Sequence record: PQ826431.1
DNA from: a phage
Strand: one strand, 5' to 3'
DNA length: 64,000 nt
How positions within the stretch are numbered: position 1 is the first letter of the stretch; every line of letters begins with the position of its first letter. The notes under the pieces were generated by a model. That model was not told the origin of the DNA, ran no database searches, and saw only the letters and a program-made list of their open reading frames with translations. Below are positions 44,593-53,075 of this stretch, in pieces. A program made the position numbers and the translations under genes.

Positions 44593-44999
44593 TGATTAGT
44601 ATCATCTGCTTTCGCAGGATCATAAGAGTTACCGAAATCATCCATCTTAATATGTGACGCACCCCAACCTGTAAATTCTTCATCACCAAAATGAAAAATA
44701 TCATTTTCTTGATAGATTCGTTTAAAACCACAATTAGGTGAAACAGGGAAAGTGAAAAGCGTTGTATTTGCAAACACTACTCGCTTATCGTTATTGCTTC
44801 GGATATTCACATTACGCTCAACAGAATAGTGTGAATCTTCAGCCATACCCAGCATTACAAGCGACGCTCTAATAACAGCATTTTGTTTCTCGTGTGGGAT
44901 ATTACCATTGTGTTTATTTGATTCTAGTTTCCAGATAGGGGTAGACATTACAGTAGACATGCTTACGGTAGCCCAAGTTGTAGTATTTACTAATGACAT
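44589..44999 (-). CDS. hypothetical protein (136 aa)
   Basis: track ORF trimmed to ATG after RBS AAGGAGAAAAT. Confidence 0.5.
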   Translation of the reverse strand: MSLVNTTTWATVSMSTVMSTPIWKLESNKHNGNIPHEKQNAVIRASLVMLGMAEDSHYSVERNVNIRSNNDKRVVFANTTLFTFPVSPNCGFKRIYQENDIFHFGDEEFTGWGASHIKMDDFGNSYDPAKADDTNQ

Positions 45000-45053
45000 A
45001 TTTTCTCCTTCATTTTGAATGGGAGGACTCACCTCCTCCCAGTATTGTGCTAT

Positions 45054-45081
45054 ATTATACTAAAACTAATACTAAAGTCAA
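45054..45081 (-). promoter_or_regulatory. strong promoter on minus strand (TTGACT-16-TATAAT)
   Basis: near-consensus -35/-10 in reverse complement. Confidence 0.6.
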
Positions 45082-45097
45082 TAACTATTTAAACAGA

Positions 45098-46096
45098 TCA
45101 CCATTTAGTATGATTTGTTAAAAGTTGACGATGTTGAATCCAGCCTTTGAAATTGCCAGACCAAAACTTACCATTACGATCTACATGGGTAATGCCTGGC
45201 TCCCAAGAGTTAAAATCCCAAGGAGCATTGATAAACAAATCTTCAAAACAGTTCTCTCCATATTGTTCGTATGTTTCTTGCATTGGAGTGGCTTGATGTT
45301 CAAACGGAGAAGCATGAACCTTGCGCCCAGTCAGCAAACGACCATAGATATCTAAAGCTTTATCTTTAGTTGCATTCAAACGACGATAGCTAACCTGTGC
45401 ACAACACGAAGCTGAAATAGCTTTGGCTTCTTCCAAAGTAAGCACAACAACTTCTCCAGATTCATCTTGAACGTAGTATCCACCAAAAACAAAATGATCG
45501 TCACCTTCTGTGCCAATAGTATCATAGAAATGGTCTACATAAGGTGTGTGCCATTGCCCTGGTTTCAGCACTTCTGGTGTAGATCCTTCATACTCTTTGT
45601 GCATCTCTTTAGCCAAAGCTTCGATAGTAGGATCGGCTTCTTTGTCATCACGCAGCCACCAGAAATTTTCATATTCTGTTGCTGTCAGAACTGTTTTAAT
45701 TCGTTGGAAAGGTTCCAGAAGACGGTTTGCAACTTGTTTGTGGTACCCTGCCAAAGAGAATTCTTCTGCAAAACGTGCTGCACTAAGCGCGGCAAGATCC
45801 CACCACTCTTGAGCAGTATAACCTGCATCAATAAGAGCGTCATGATCAACACCTTTATCCTGCATACCAGGTTGGTTAGCCCCAAAACGATAAGGACGAG
45901 CAGGTTGATTTCGCACCATTTCAATCAGTGTTTTAACAGGTATAGCACGGCTAGAAGCAGCATTACGACTGAACAGGCGGTGAGTCATCAATTCTGAATG
46001 AATAATACGTGGATATTCTAGTTCAAAAGTTACAATCTCTTTTCCGTCTTCAGTGATGGAATGCGCAATAATACTAGCCGAAATCTGTTTTGTCAT
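45098..46096 (-). CDS. thyX: flavin-dependent thymidylate synthase-like protein
   Basis: ThyX signature variant THR-x3-S-x4-SSR (LMTHRLFSRNAASSRAIP); 332 aa. Confidence 0.65.
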   Translation of the reverse strand: MTKQISASIIAHSITEDGKEIVTFELEYPRIIHSELMTHRLFSRNAASSRAIPVKTLIEMVRNQPARPYRFGANQPGMQDKGVDHDALIDAGYTAQEWWDLAALSAARFAEEFSLAGYHKQVANRLLEPFQRIKTVLTATEYENFWWLRDDKEADPTIEALAKEMHKEYEGSTPEVLKPGQWHTPYVDHFYDTIGTEGDDHFVFGGYYVQDESGEVVVLTLEEAKAISASCCAQVSYRRLNATKDKALDIYGRLLTGRKVHASPFEHQATPMQETYEQYGENCFEDLFINAPWDFNSWEPGITHVDRNGKFWSGNFKGWIQHRQLLTNHTKW

Positions 46097-46112
46097 TTTT
46101 TCTCCTTAGTTT

Positions 46113-46715
46113 TTAAAAATTGTTCAAAGTGTTAAAAACATCCAAACATGTTAGCCACTGATCTTCTAAACCTGTGATCACAACATTTGGTTTTTTCTTT
46201 AGTTCTTCTAGATGGTTATCTTTATAAGGCGTATTAAAATATATTTTAACCACTTCATCTGGAAAATATAGTAGGTTATCAGCCCTGTCATCTATTGCTA
46301 TATCACAAGGCAATAAGTATTTTTCTTTCGTAGCAAAAAAGCCGTTGCCAGATCCTTTGCTAAAATCAATCGTATCTAATGTTCTTAAAACATGCTTATG
46401 TTTAGAACTTAAGTGACCACCTTTTGTCACACTTGCGATCAAAAGATTGCTACCTTTCCTTGAAACATACTTTAAGAAATCTGGCATACCTGGAACAAAA
46501 CCCATTGTATCATAGAGATGAGGATTATCCAGAAATCCGTAAGGATCTATATTGAACTCCTCCCTGAAACCAGGAAAGTAGTTGGTAAGATCATAGTCTG
46601 CATTTTTTGTGAATGTGTCTATCTTAACACCAAGTCCACTAATCTTATTCAACCATTCTAACCAAGCAACATCTAATGGAGCCACAACTAAATCCCAATC
46701 ACATACTATCTGCAT
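46113..46715 (-). CDS. HAD-superfamily phosphatase, 5'(3')-deoxyribonucleotidase-like, 200 aa
   Basis: N-terminal CDWDLV (DxD motif I) and IAIDDRADN (motif IV). Confidence 0.5.
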   Translation of the reverse strand: MQIVCDWDLVVAPLDVAWLEWLNKISGLGVKIDTFTKNADYDLTNYFPGFREEFNIDPYGFLDNPHLYDTMGFVPGMPDFLKYVSRKGSNLLIASVTKGGHLSSKHKHVLRTLDTIDFSKGSGNGFFATKEKYLLPCDIAIDDRADNLLYFPDEVVKIYFNTPYKDNHLEELKKKPNVVITGLEDQWLTCLDVFNTLNNF

Positions 46716-46736
46716 AAAACCTCCTCTCTCTCTTTT

Positions 46737-46764
46737 AGTATAGTTATCTTATACTAACTTTCAA
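46737..46764 (-). promoter_or_regulatory. promoter on minus strand (TTGAAA-16-TATACT)
   Basis: reverse-complement reading; upstream of 46715 start. Confidence 0.45.
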
Positions 46765-47329
46765 TTTCCTGCAATAGGATTTTGACTATTTGTTTGCGGC
46801 GTTTTGCTACTGTGCTTTCAGGTTCTATTTTACGCTTCTTCAGCCATGCCTTATCTTTCTTAGCTCTACACAAAGCTATCGCTTCTTTTTCAGCTTTTGC
46901 TTCTTCAAAAGATATGCCTTGCTTGTCTGCATAAGCAAGAATAGAGTTGCACAATTTACAAACCATTCGCAAATCTTCTTCTTTCACATAGATCAAACGG
47001 AAAACAAAAAGAGGAATATCATCAAAACATTGAAGTTGTTTTGCTGCGTGAATATGATCCACTTGGAAGTCTTTCATTCCTCCCCTATGTCCACATATTT
47101 CGCACTCACAATTCCAAACTTGTTTTGGTTTTCCAGTTTTCTTGTCTATCATTACATTGCCGTCTTTATCTACTCGATCAACTTTAAAACGCCTTGCATT
47201 GATAACCTTAATTTTATTAGGGTGTCTCATCCATGCTTTTCTAAAACATCCCCTAAGATAAGTATAAAATTCAGCTTGTGTTTTCCAGGGTGTTCCTTCA
47301 CCCCACATTATTTTTGGTTCACCTGCCAA
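46754..47329 (-). CDS. HNH endonuclease, 191 aa
   Basis: CECEICGH...DFQVDHIHA...LCKLCN (CxxC-HNH-CxxC); start uncertain. Confidence 0.6.
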   Translation of the reverse strand: MAGEPKIMWGEGTPWKTQAEFYTYLRGCFRKAWMRHPNKIKVINARRFKVDRVDKDGNVMIDKKTGKPKQVWNCECEICGHRGGMKDFQVDHIHAAKQLQCFDDIPLFVFRLIYVKEEDLRMVCKLCNSILAYADKQGISFEEAKAEKEAIALCRAKKDKAWLKKRKIEPESTVAKRRKQIVKILLQEIES

Positions 47330-47375
47330 TATTGCTCACCTTTTTAGCTGTATATTCCCCTGGTGGGATATTGTG

Positions 47376-47408
47376 TTTAAAAAACAAAAGGCGGTCTAAC
47401 CCCGCCTT
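47376..47408 (-). terminator. intrinsic terminator on minus strand
   Basis: hairpin GGCGG..CCGCC followed by UUUUGUUUUUU in minus-strand RNA. Confidence 0.6.
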
Positions 47409-47496
47409 GCACATTGTTTCTGGAATAGTCAAAGTTAGTAAAAGTTTATCACCTTTTCGGTTGAATATTTTATAAACTTCTCCTGCTCCATATTGT

Positions 47497-47898
47497 TTAG
47501 TATTGCTCGCCACTAATACGTTCCTTAAGTTGTTTAATAGCTTCAACTGCATCTACATAAGAAGAGTTATACATGTGTTTCAGTGCCACTCGGATTAAAG
47601 GATCTTTTGTGAAGAAATCAATAAGAAGCATAGCTTGATCATGTTTAGCTGCATTTGTCATAGATGGATAATTTTCACGAACCATATACGTGTTATTTTC
47701 CATAAGGGTTCTTTCTAGTTCAATACAATGAATAGCTTTATCTAGGTTAATCTGACGTTCACCTTTGATACGTGTTGCGTATTTTGCCAATTTGCAAAAA
47801 CAAGGTGTGCCACCAACCAAATAAGCTAGTTCAATAGGTTGCATTGCCATTTTTGTGTAGTGATCACCGTCAACCTGATTATCAAAAGCATTAGACAT
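47497..47898 (-). CDS. DUF3310-like phage protein, 133 aa
   Basis: VDGDHYTK..MQPIE...KYATRIKG pattern typical of DUF3310. Confidence 0.6.
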   Translation of the reverse strand: MSNAFDNQVDGDHYTKMAMQPIELAYLVGGTPCFCKLAKYATRIKGERQINLDKAIHCIELERTLMENNTYMVRENYPSMTNAAKHDQAMLLIDFFTKDPLIRVALKHMYNSSYVDAVEAIKQLKERISGEQY

Positions 47899-48118
47899 AA
47901 TTTTCCTCCTGAATTCCTACTGCGCCGTCTTCTGGGTAGTCTGTATAATAAGCTACCCTACCTTGATAGATAACATCACCATCGCTATTGTAGATTGCTG
48001 TATCTTCTTGAATTGTTATTTCAACGTCAAGTAAATCTGGGTCTTTCTCGATGGTATAGTTCAAACCTAACATTTCAAACAGTTCGAAAATTTCGTTACC
48101 TGTTAATGTAATGCTCAT
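47891..48118 (-). CDS. hypothetical protein (75 aa)
   Basis: track ORF trimmed to ATG after RBS AAAGGAGGAAAT. Confidence 0.5.
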   Translation of the reverse strand: MSITLTGNEIFELFEMLGLNYTIEKDPDLLDVEITIQEDTAIYNSDGDVIYQGRVAYYTDYPEDGAVGIQEENYV

Positions 48119-48145
48119 ATTTCCTCCTTTTATTGTGGTTAGCAG

Positions 48146-48174
48146 AGTATACACTAATATAAAATTTTTGTCAA
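48146..48174 (-). promoter_or_regulatory. promoter on minus strand (TTGACA-17-TATACT)
   Basis: near-consensus in reverse complement. Confidence 0.6.
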
Positions 48175-48175
48175 T

Positions 48176-48198
48176 AAAAAAGGGAGCAATAAGCTCCC
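48176..48198 (-). terminator. intrinsic terminator on minus strand abutting promoter
   Basis: hairpin GGGAGC..GCTCCC + U-run. Confidence 0.6.
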
Positions 48199-48204
48199 TG
48201 ATTA

Positions 48205-49164
48205 TTAGATTCCAATAATAGTTGCTGCTCGTTTATCCTTGGATCTGGTGTTTGCTCTACTACGTGACAAACCTCCACAAGATTCACAACGAATGATATC
48301 GAAAGAACTTACCGCAGTGTGGTATTGTTTACCAGTAACAACGTGAACGTGATCACTGCCACAACGAGAACAACGGACCTTCTCATCTGGGTAATAAGCG
48401 GATAAGTTAGGATGCTGTGGAATCCACGGAAGGATTTTCATATACAAATCACGGAGTGAAACAACATCACCATCATTGTAAATCTGCATACGTTCAAAAG
48501 CATCACGATCACCTTCACAACATGCTTTCCATAAAGGGAACCCCTCGTTATCCAGTTTTTCACTTTCTGTTTCGAAATATGCTCCCATTTCTTTAAGGGA
48601 GTTGGAAGGAAGTGCAAATTGTTTCTTAGCTGCCTTCAATGTATCAACGACTACATAATTAGAAGGAGGAGCCATATCGTGATATGCAAATCGTTGGTTA
48701 ATGTATGCACGGTCAAACTTATACCCGTTGTGTGCCACAACTACATCTGCCTCGTTCAGAAGGTTCCAAAGATCTTGGCAAAGCTCCCAATCATCTGTAT
48801 GATCAATATCAAAAAGAGGATAAGAAGACAAGTTCTTACCTTCCACTTCACCTGTATACAAATCAGCAGAAGAGTAAGATAACAAATAACCCCTACGAAT
48901 TACTTGATCTGGAGAAATGAAGGCTTTGAATCGACGGAAAGTATATGCAATCTCTGGTGCAGTTTCAACATCAATAATTTTAATAACTGGTTGTTTCTTT
49001 TTAACTGGCTCTTGTCTACTTGCTCCGAATCGTGCAAGGAAATCGTTCACTGTGCTTTTTCTTGTTGGACTACCTAAAACAATTGCTGCAATATTGCGAG
49101 AAGACATACCCTCTGCACTCATACTAAGGATATCTGCTTTCTGCTCTTCTGTTAATCTGCTCAC
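48205..49164 (-). CDS. DnaQ-like DEDD 3'-5' exonuclease with N-terminal HTH and C-terminal zinc ribbon, 319 aa
   Basis: Exo I IIDVETAP, Exo II VVAHNGYKFD, Exo III YNDGD; CSRCG/CESCGG. Confidence 0.6.
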   Translation of the reverse strand: MSRLTEEQKADILSMSAEGMSSRNIAAIVLGSPTRKSTVNDFLARFGASRQEPVKKKQPVIKIIDVETAPEIAYTFRRFKAFISPDQVIRRGYLLSYSSADLYTGEVEGKNLSSYPLFDIDHTDDWELCQDLWNLLNEADVVVAHNGYKFDRAYINQRFAYHDMAPPSNYVVVDTLKAAKKQFALPSNSLKEMGAYFETESEKLDNEGFPLWKACCEGDRDAFERMQIYNDGDVVSLRDLYMKILPWIPQHPNLSAYYPDEKVRCSRCGSDHVHVVTGKQYHTAVSSFDIIRCESCGGLSRSRANTRSKDKRAATIIGI

Positions 49165-50279
49165 TCTGCCTCCTGTTGCGAGATGTATGACTGAAGCATA
49201 CTCTCAAATGTTGTATCGTCATTATCCCAGCGTTTCATGTATACCAACTGGAAAATTGTTTCTATCCATTCATCTGTTGTCATATGGACTTCTTCTCCAT
49301 CCCAAGAAGTAAAATTAACACCATCTGGGAACCATGAGTAGTAAGTATCTTTAACTGTTTGGAAAAGTTCTGCTTGAGTTTTACAAGCTGAAAGAAGATT
49401 AAAACAAGTAATATCTCCGAACTTAATATCAAAATCTTGATAAGGTCGGATACTATCTGTTTTATCTCCCATTAGCATCTGGTATGCTAACCAGTAACTG
49501 CCCCAACCTTTAACTTCTTTCTTTTTACCTTTATCTACGATCCATATATCGCCAATAGACTCGTCAATAAGAATTATATCTGGATTTTTAAATACTCCAT
49601 CCTCTTTGTAGAAATTAAAAAGGATACTAGGAGTATGTAAACTATCTTTATCTATAGATACTACGATATAAGAAAATTTACCCGTCCTTTTATAATCTTT
49701 ATAACCTTGGAAACCATACTTCTCTAACTCATCATCAGCTTCTATTACAGTAACAACATCACCATTGTGGAACTCCACAAGATAATCTTTGGTTTCTGAA
49801 AGCTGAAGTGGTTTGATATCTAATCGTTCAGATTTATATTCTACAGGCATTTTGAAGGCGTGTCTGAAAGTTTTTCCTACGCCAATAACTCCGCAATATT
49901 TTTCTAAACGTAGATGTTTTAGAATACCTAAGACTTTTGTTTTAGCTGCTTGGAAGGTGTGTCCGATATCTTCTGGCGGGTATTGCTTATCAATGATTTC
50001 GAACTCTTCCTTTGTGAAGGGACGTTTGTTTTTGGAGGCTCTTTCTGCATTTGTATCTCCTAGCCAACCTCCAATTTTAGTCTTACTTTTACCCCAAAAC
50101 TCTGTCTTATTTTTAAATTCCTTTTGAGCACCTGAAGGGATGTGCTTCGCAATGATTGTTCTTTTCTCTAATGCAGACGCTGCTTGGAAAGCGATCTGAT
50201 CATAATCAATTGCAGCTATTGTTTCTTCGTTGACATATAAATGAAGATCTTCAGGTTTAATTAAAATATAACCGCTAAT
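49161..50279 (-). CDS. rnh: T4 RNase H-like 5'-3' exonuclease / flap endonuclease; start codon unresolved
   Basis: IAAIDYDQIAFQAAS and GDKTDSIRPY resemble T4 RNase H; conserved N-terminus lies in open frame upstream of first ATG (49850) with no ATG/GTG/TTG; 5' end placed at candidate ATT. Confidence 0.6.
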   Translation of the reverse strand: MSGYILIKPEDLHLYVNEETIAAIDYDQIAFQAASALEKRTIIAKHIPSGAQKEFKNKTEFWGKSKTKIGGWLGDTNAERASKNKRPFTKEEFEIIDKQYPPEDIGHTFQAAKTKVLGILKHLRLEKYCGVIGVGKTFRHAFKMPVEYKSERLDIKPLQLSETKDYLVEFHNGDVVTVIEADDELEKYGFQGYKDYKRTGKFSYIVVSIDKDSLHTPSILFNFYKEDGVFKNPDIILIDESIGDIWIVDKGKKKEVKGWGSYWLAYQMLMGDKTDSIRPYQDFDIKFGDITCFNLLSACKTQAELFQTVKDTYYSWFPDGVNFTSWDGEEVHMTTDEWIETIFQLVYMKRWDNDDTTFESMLQSYISQQEAE

Positions 50280-50291
50280 ATTTCCCCCTAA

Positions 50292-50501
50292 TTATTCATC
50301 GTCATCCTCTGTTGAGAATGTTTTAGTATACGGACATTGACGACTTTTCGGGATTGCTATAACTTCATCTTGGTTAGCGTTAGAATAGTAGCAATATTTT
50401 GTATTGCCATTAACTTCAGAATCAGACAAGATTAAAGTAATTTGACCTGCTGCTACTGTGAAACTAAAAGCTAAAAGAACGACTGTCAGAATCTTTTTCA
50501 T
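50292..50501 (-). CDS. small secreted protein with signal peptide (69 aa)
   Basis: ORF track; MKKILTVVLLAFSFTVAAG signal-like; RBS AGGAGG. Confidence 0.55.
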   Translation of the reverse strand: MKKILTVVLLAFSFTVAAGQITLILSDSEVNGNTKYCYYSNANQDEVIAIPKSRQCPYTKTFSTEDDDE

Positions 50502-50539
50502 AACGCCTCCTAAAAGCCTACCTCATTAAGTAGGTAGGC

Positions 50540-50568
50540 ATAATATCATAACTAATCCCGCAAGTCAA
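50540..50568 (-). promoter_or_regulatory. promoter on minus strand (TTGACT-17-TATTAT) followed by 5' hairpin
   Basis: reverse-complement reading; hairpin GCCTACCT..AGGTAGGC between -10 and RBS. Confidence 0.5.
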
Positions 50569-50572
50569 GAAC

Positions 50573-51451
50573 TTATTTAAGGATTGTTGCTTTGGTTAAA
50601 TCTTCCATCAGACCTCGAATCTCATTGAAGCACAGAAGGACCGAAGCTTCAATACTACCTTCTTCGTCTGCAAAATATTTCGGAAAACGTAGTTTAGAAA
50701 GTTTAAACTCTTTATCCACTACAAAATCTACAACACCATCATATTCAAGACCGATTGCAACAACATTTTTACCATCTTCTTTTAGTTCGACAGCTTTAGA
50801 CTCATATAAGGATTCTTTACTCCAAACAACAACGCCCTCGCTATCCTCCATTTTGATATAATTTCCGAGAGTAATACGATCTGCTTCGTGATTCTCCAGC
50901 AATTCACCAAAACCTTTTACAATAGCTTCTTCATGCACACTAAAACCTACTGAAGGGAAAGTCCCCAGAACGGAACGGAGGAAAGAAGTAATCTCTTCTG
51001 CAACCTTTTTACTTCCATTAAGAACATAAAGAAGATTCGTAGTTTTATCCAAGACAACATAGTTAAAGAAATCTTCAGGTTCTGTTTCAGGCAATAGTGC
51101 AAATTCAATATCTTCCTTCATTGCTTTGACTACTTCTTTATCGACATAAAACTCTTTACCTTCGCTCTCCATGTCCTGACGCATTTCTTCTAGACGTTCA
51201 TTCAGAATACGTTTAACTTTCTTTTTATCTACCTTCTTCACAGATTGACCTACATTAAGTAGTTCAAGATCTGAGAACTCTTTTACAAATTTAGAGTCAT
51301 CTTCGAAACGAACAAGACCGATAGTGTGTGACTGGGAGCCTTCTGCTGTTACAAATTCCAGAGGAATATCTGTAATGCTGTTAAGGGATGCTACAGAAGC
51401 ATCGTCACCAACAACCATAGGCAGAGCGGATTTAAAAGATTTTACAAACAT
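50573..51451 (-). CDS. RdgC-like recombination-associated protein, 292 aa
   Basis: LRSVLGTFPSVGFS and LNGSKKVAEE resemble RdgC; size matches. Confidence 0.45.
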   Translation of the reverse strand: MFVKSFKSALPMVVGDDASVASLNSITDIPLEFVTAEGSQSHTIGLVRFEDDSKFVKEFSDLELLNVGQSVKKVDKKKVKRILNERLEEMRQDMESEGKEFYVDKEVVKAMKEDIEFALLPETEPEDFFNYVVLDKTTNLLYVLNGSKKVAEEITSFLRSVLGTFPSVGFSVHEEAIVKGFGELLENHEADRITLGNYIKMEDSEGVVVWSKESLYESKAVELKEDGKNVVAIGLEYDGVVDFVVDKEFKLSKLRFPKYFADEEGSIEASVLLCFNEIRGLMEDLTKATILK

Positions 51452-51507
51452 GTTTCCTCCTATTTAATACATCTCACATTACCGCCCGTAAAGGGCGGCT
51501 TACAACA

Positions 51508-52233
51508 TTACTTGTTAATAATACCTGCGATATTAGGTTTAATGAAACCTGACCACTTCATGATCTTACCTTTATCATCAAAGAACACATACACTTTCTG
51601 TTTTTCATTATAAACGGCATGAACACCAGTGTATGCCCCTTCTGGACGATTGGCATTTCGTTCTTCAATTGAAGCGCATTCTTGTGCAATGGCTGAATCG
51701 ATATCTGAAGTTTTCCAAGTTTTCAGCAACTGTTGTTTAGTTGGATACTTGGAATCATTACTTTTCAATACCTCTTTAATAACTTTCTTTTCTGGATATT
51801 TTGAACGGATTAGAGTGTCACGAGACATACGCATGATACCAGCAGCCATTAGTGCCATTTGAACTGGCTCTGTAAATGTTTGTTCCAAAGCATCAAAATC
51901 AGTATACACAGTTGGAGTAAAAACATCGCCTACAGCATAGTCCAAGAAATTCATCGTATGTTCTTCACCAAAGAACATGTAAGTAAGATAACTGGATACT
52001 ACAAAAATATCCGCTGCTGCATCCAAGAGTTCTACATGATCGTTTACTTTCGCGGCTGTTTCATACTCTTTAAGCTCTTCACGAACGAACCCGATTTGGG
52101 ACATAAATAGCTCTTGAGTGAATTCAGGTTGTTCACCACCTCGTGCTTTGGCATTCCAATCAATTACGTGCTTTGCTGCATTTTTGAAAAATTCAGTATC
52201 GAATTTAATATCTTTAAAAAAATTCTCGATCAT
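51508..52233 (-). CDS. MazG-like nucleotide pyrophosphohydrolase-domain protein, 241 aa
   Basis: EExxxYE...ELLDAAADIF resembles MazG EExxE/D motifs. Confidence 0.4.
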   Translation of the reverse strand: MIENFFKDIKFDTEFFKNAAKHVIDWNAKARGGEQPEFTQELFMSQIGFVREELKEYETAAKVNDHVELLDAAADIFVVSSYLTYMFFGEEHTMNFLDYAVGDVFTPTVYTDFDALEQTFTEPVQMALMAAGIMRMSRDTLIRSKYPEKKVIKEVLKSNDSKYPTKQQLLKTWKTSDIDSAIAQECASIEERNANRPEGAYTGVHAVYNEKQKVYVFFDDKGKIMKWSGFIKPNIAGIINK

Positions 52234-52242
52234 TGTTTCTCC

Positions 52243-52434
52243 TTATTTAAAATATTGTTTTGTAAATTCCACCAGATATACAACAACTGCACCCATTTGT
52301 GTACCTGCTGCACCGTAGACAATAATTAGACTAACCTTCTGCCACCATGTTGGGTGAGGGAAAGTTGATGCGCCAATTATACCACAAGCAACAATAGAAA
52401 GGAACACAAGAACCAGAATAACTTCAATGCTCAC
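52243..52434 (-). CDS. small membrane protein (63 aa)
   Basis: ORF track; GTG start after RBS AAGGAGG; two TM helices. Confidence 0.5.
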   Translation of the reverse strand: MSIEVILVLVFLSIVACGIIGASTFPHPTWWQKVSLIIVYGAAGTQMGAVVVYLVEFTKQYFK

Positions 52435-52445
52435 TGCAACCTCCT

Positions 52446-53075
52446 TTATGTTTTAATCTTGCCAAAATACAATACTTCAGCTTCCTGTCTTGCTGATATA
52501 GCATCTTCAATATCAGTAAATGCTCCAAGACGGATATCTTTTCCTTGATAGGATATACGAGCAATCCATCTTTTTTCTTTCTCGCTCCACACAACACCTG
52601 TTTTACCAGAAGTGTTGTTTTTCTGTTTTCGTGTATTGTATGACTGGACAGACCTTGTAGCCCAGCGACAATTTTCTTTACTGTAATCTTTTTCCGAGTC
52701 TATTCTGTCAAGAGATAAACCTTTAGGTCTATCTCCCATATCCTCAAAAAATGCAGAGAATGAATTTCTCCAAGCATCGCAGACCTTAATACCACGACCA
52801 CCGTAGTATTCAAAGTGAGTATTGTTTTTGTTATAGCATCTCCCTAACATAGCTTCCCACGATTTGTATGCTCCTGTTTGTGTTGTTTGCGGTCTACACT
52901 TCGAACAATAAGAACTTTTATTCTTCCTAAGTGTTGCCATAGTTACCGTGCAAATATTACCACAATCACAAGAACAAGTAAAACGTCTTTTGCCATGCTT
53001 GTCCCTTTCAATCTCTTCTAAGACAGTATAACAACCACATTTCTTACCTACAAGGTCTACTCTCTTGGCTCCCAT
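52446..53075 (-). CDS. HNH-AP2 family homing endonuclease-like protein, 209 aa
   Basis: LDRIDSEKDYSKENCRWAT (HNH_3-like) and C-terminal AP2-like WIARISYQGKDIRLGAFTDIEDA. Confidence 0.6.
   Translation of the reverse strand: MGAKRVDLVGKKCGCYTVLEEIERDKHGKRRFTCSCDCGNICTVTMATLRKNKSSYCSKCRPQTTQTGAYKSWEAMLGRCYNKNNTHFEYYGGRGIKVCDAWRNSFSAFFEDMGDRPKGLSLDRIDSEKDYSKENCRWATRSVQSYNTRKQKNNTSGKTGVVWSEKEKRWIARISYQGKDIRLGAFTDIEDAISARQEAEVLYFGKIKT

Noticed and set aside
47319-47552. 77-aa minus-strand ORF between the HNH and DUF3310 genes
   Set aside because: Reading frame runs straight through a strong intrinsic terminator hairpin (47376-47408) and lacks an RBS.
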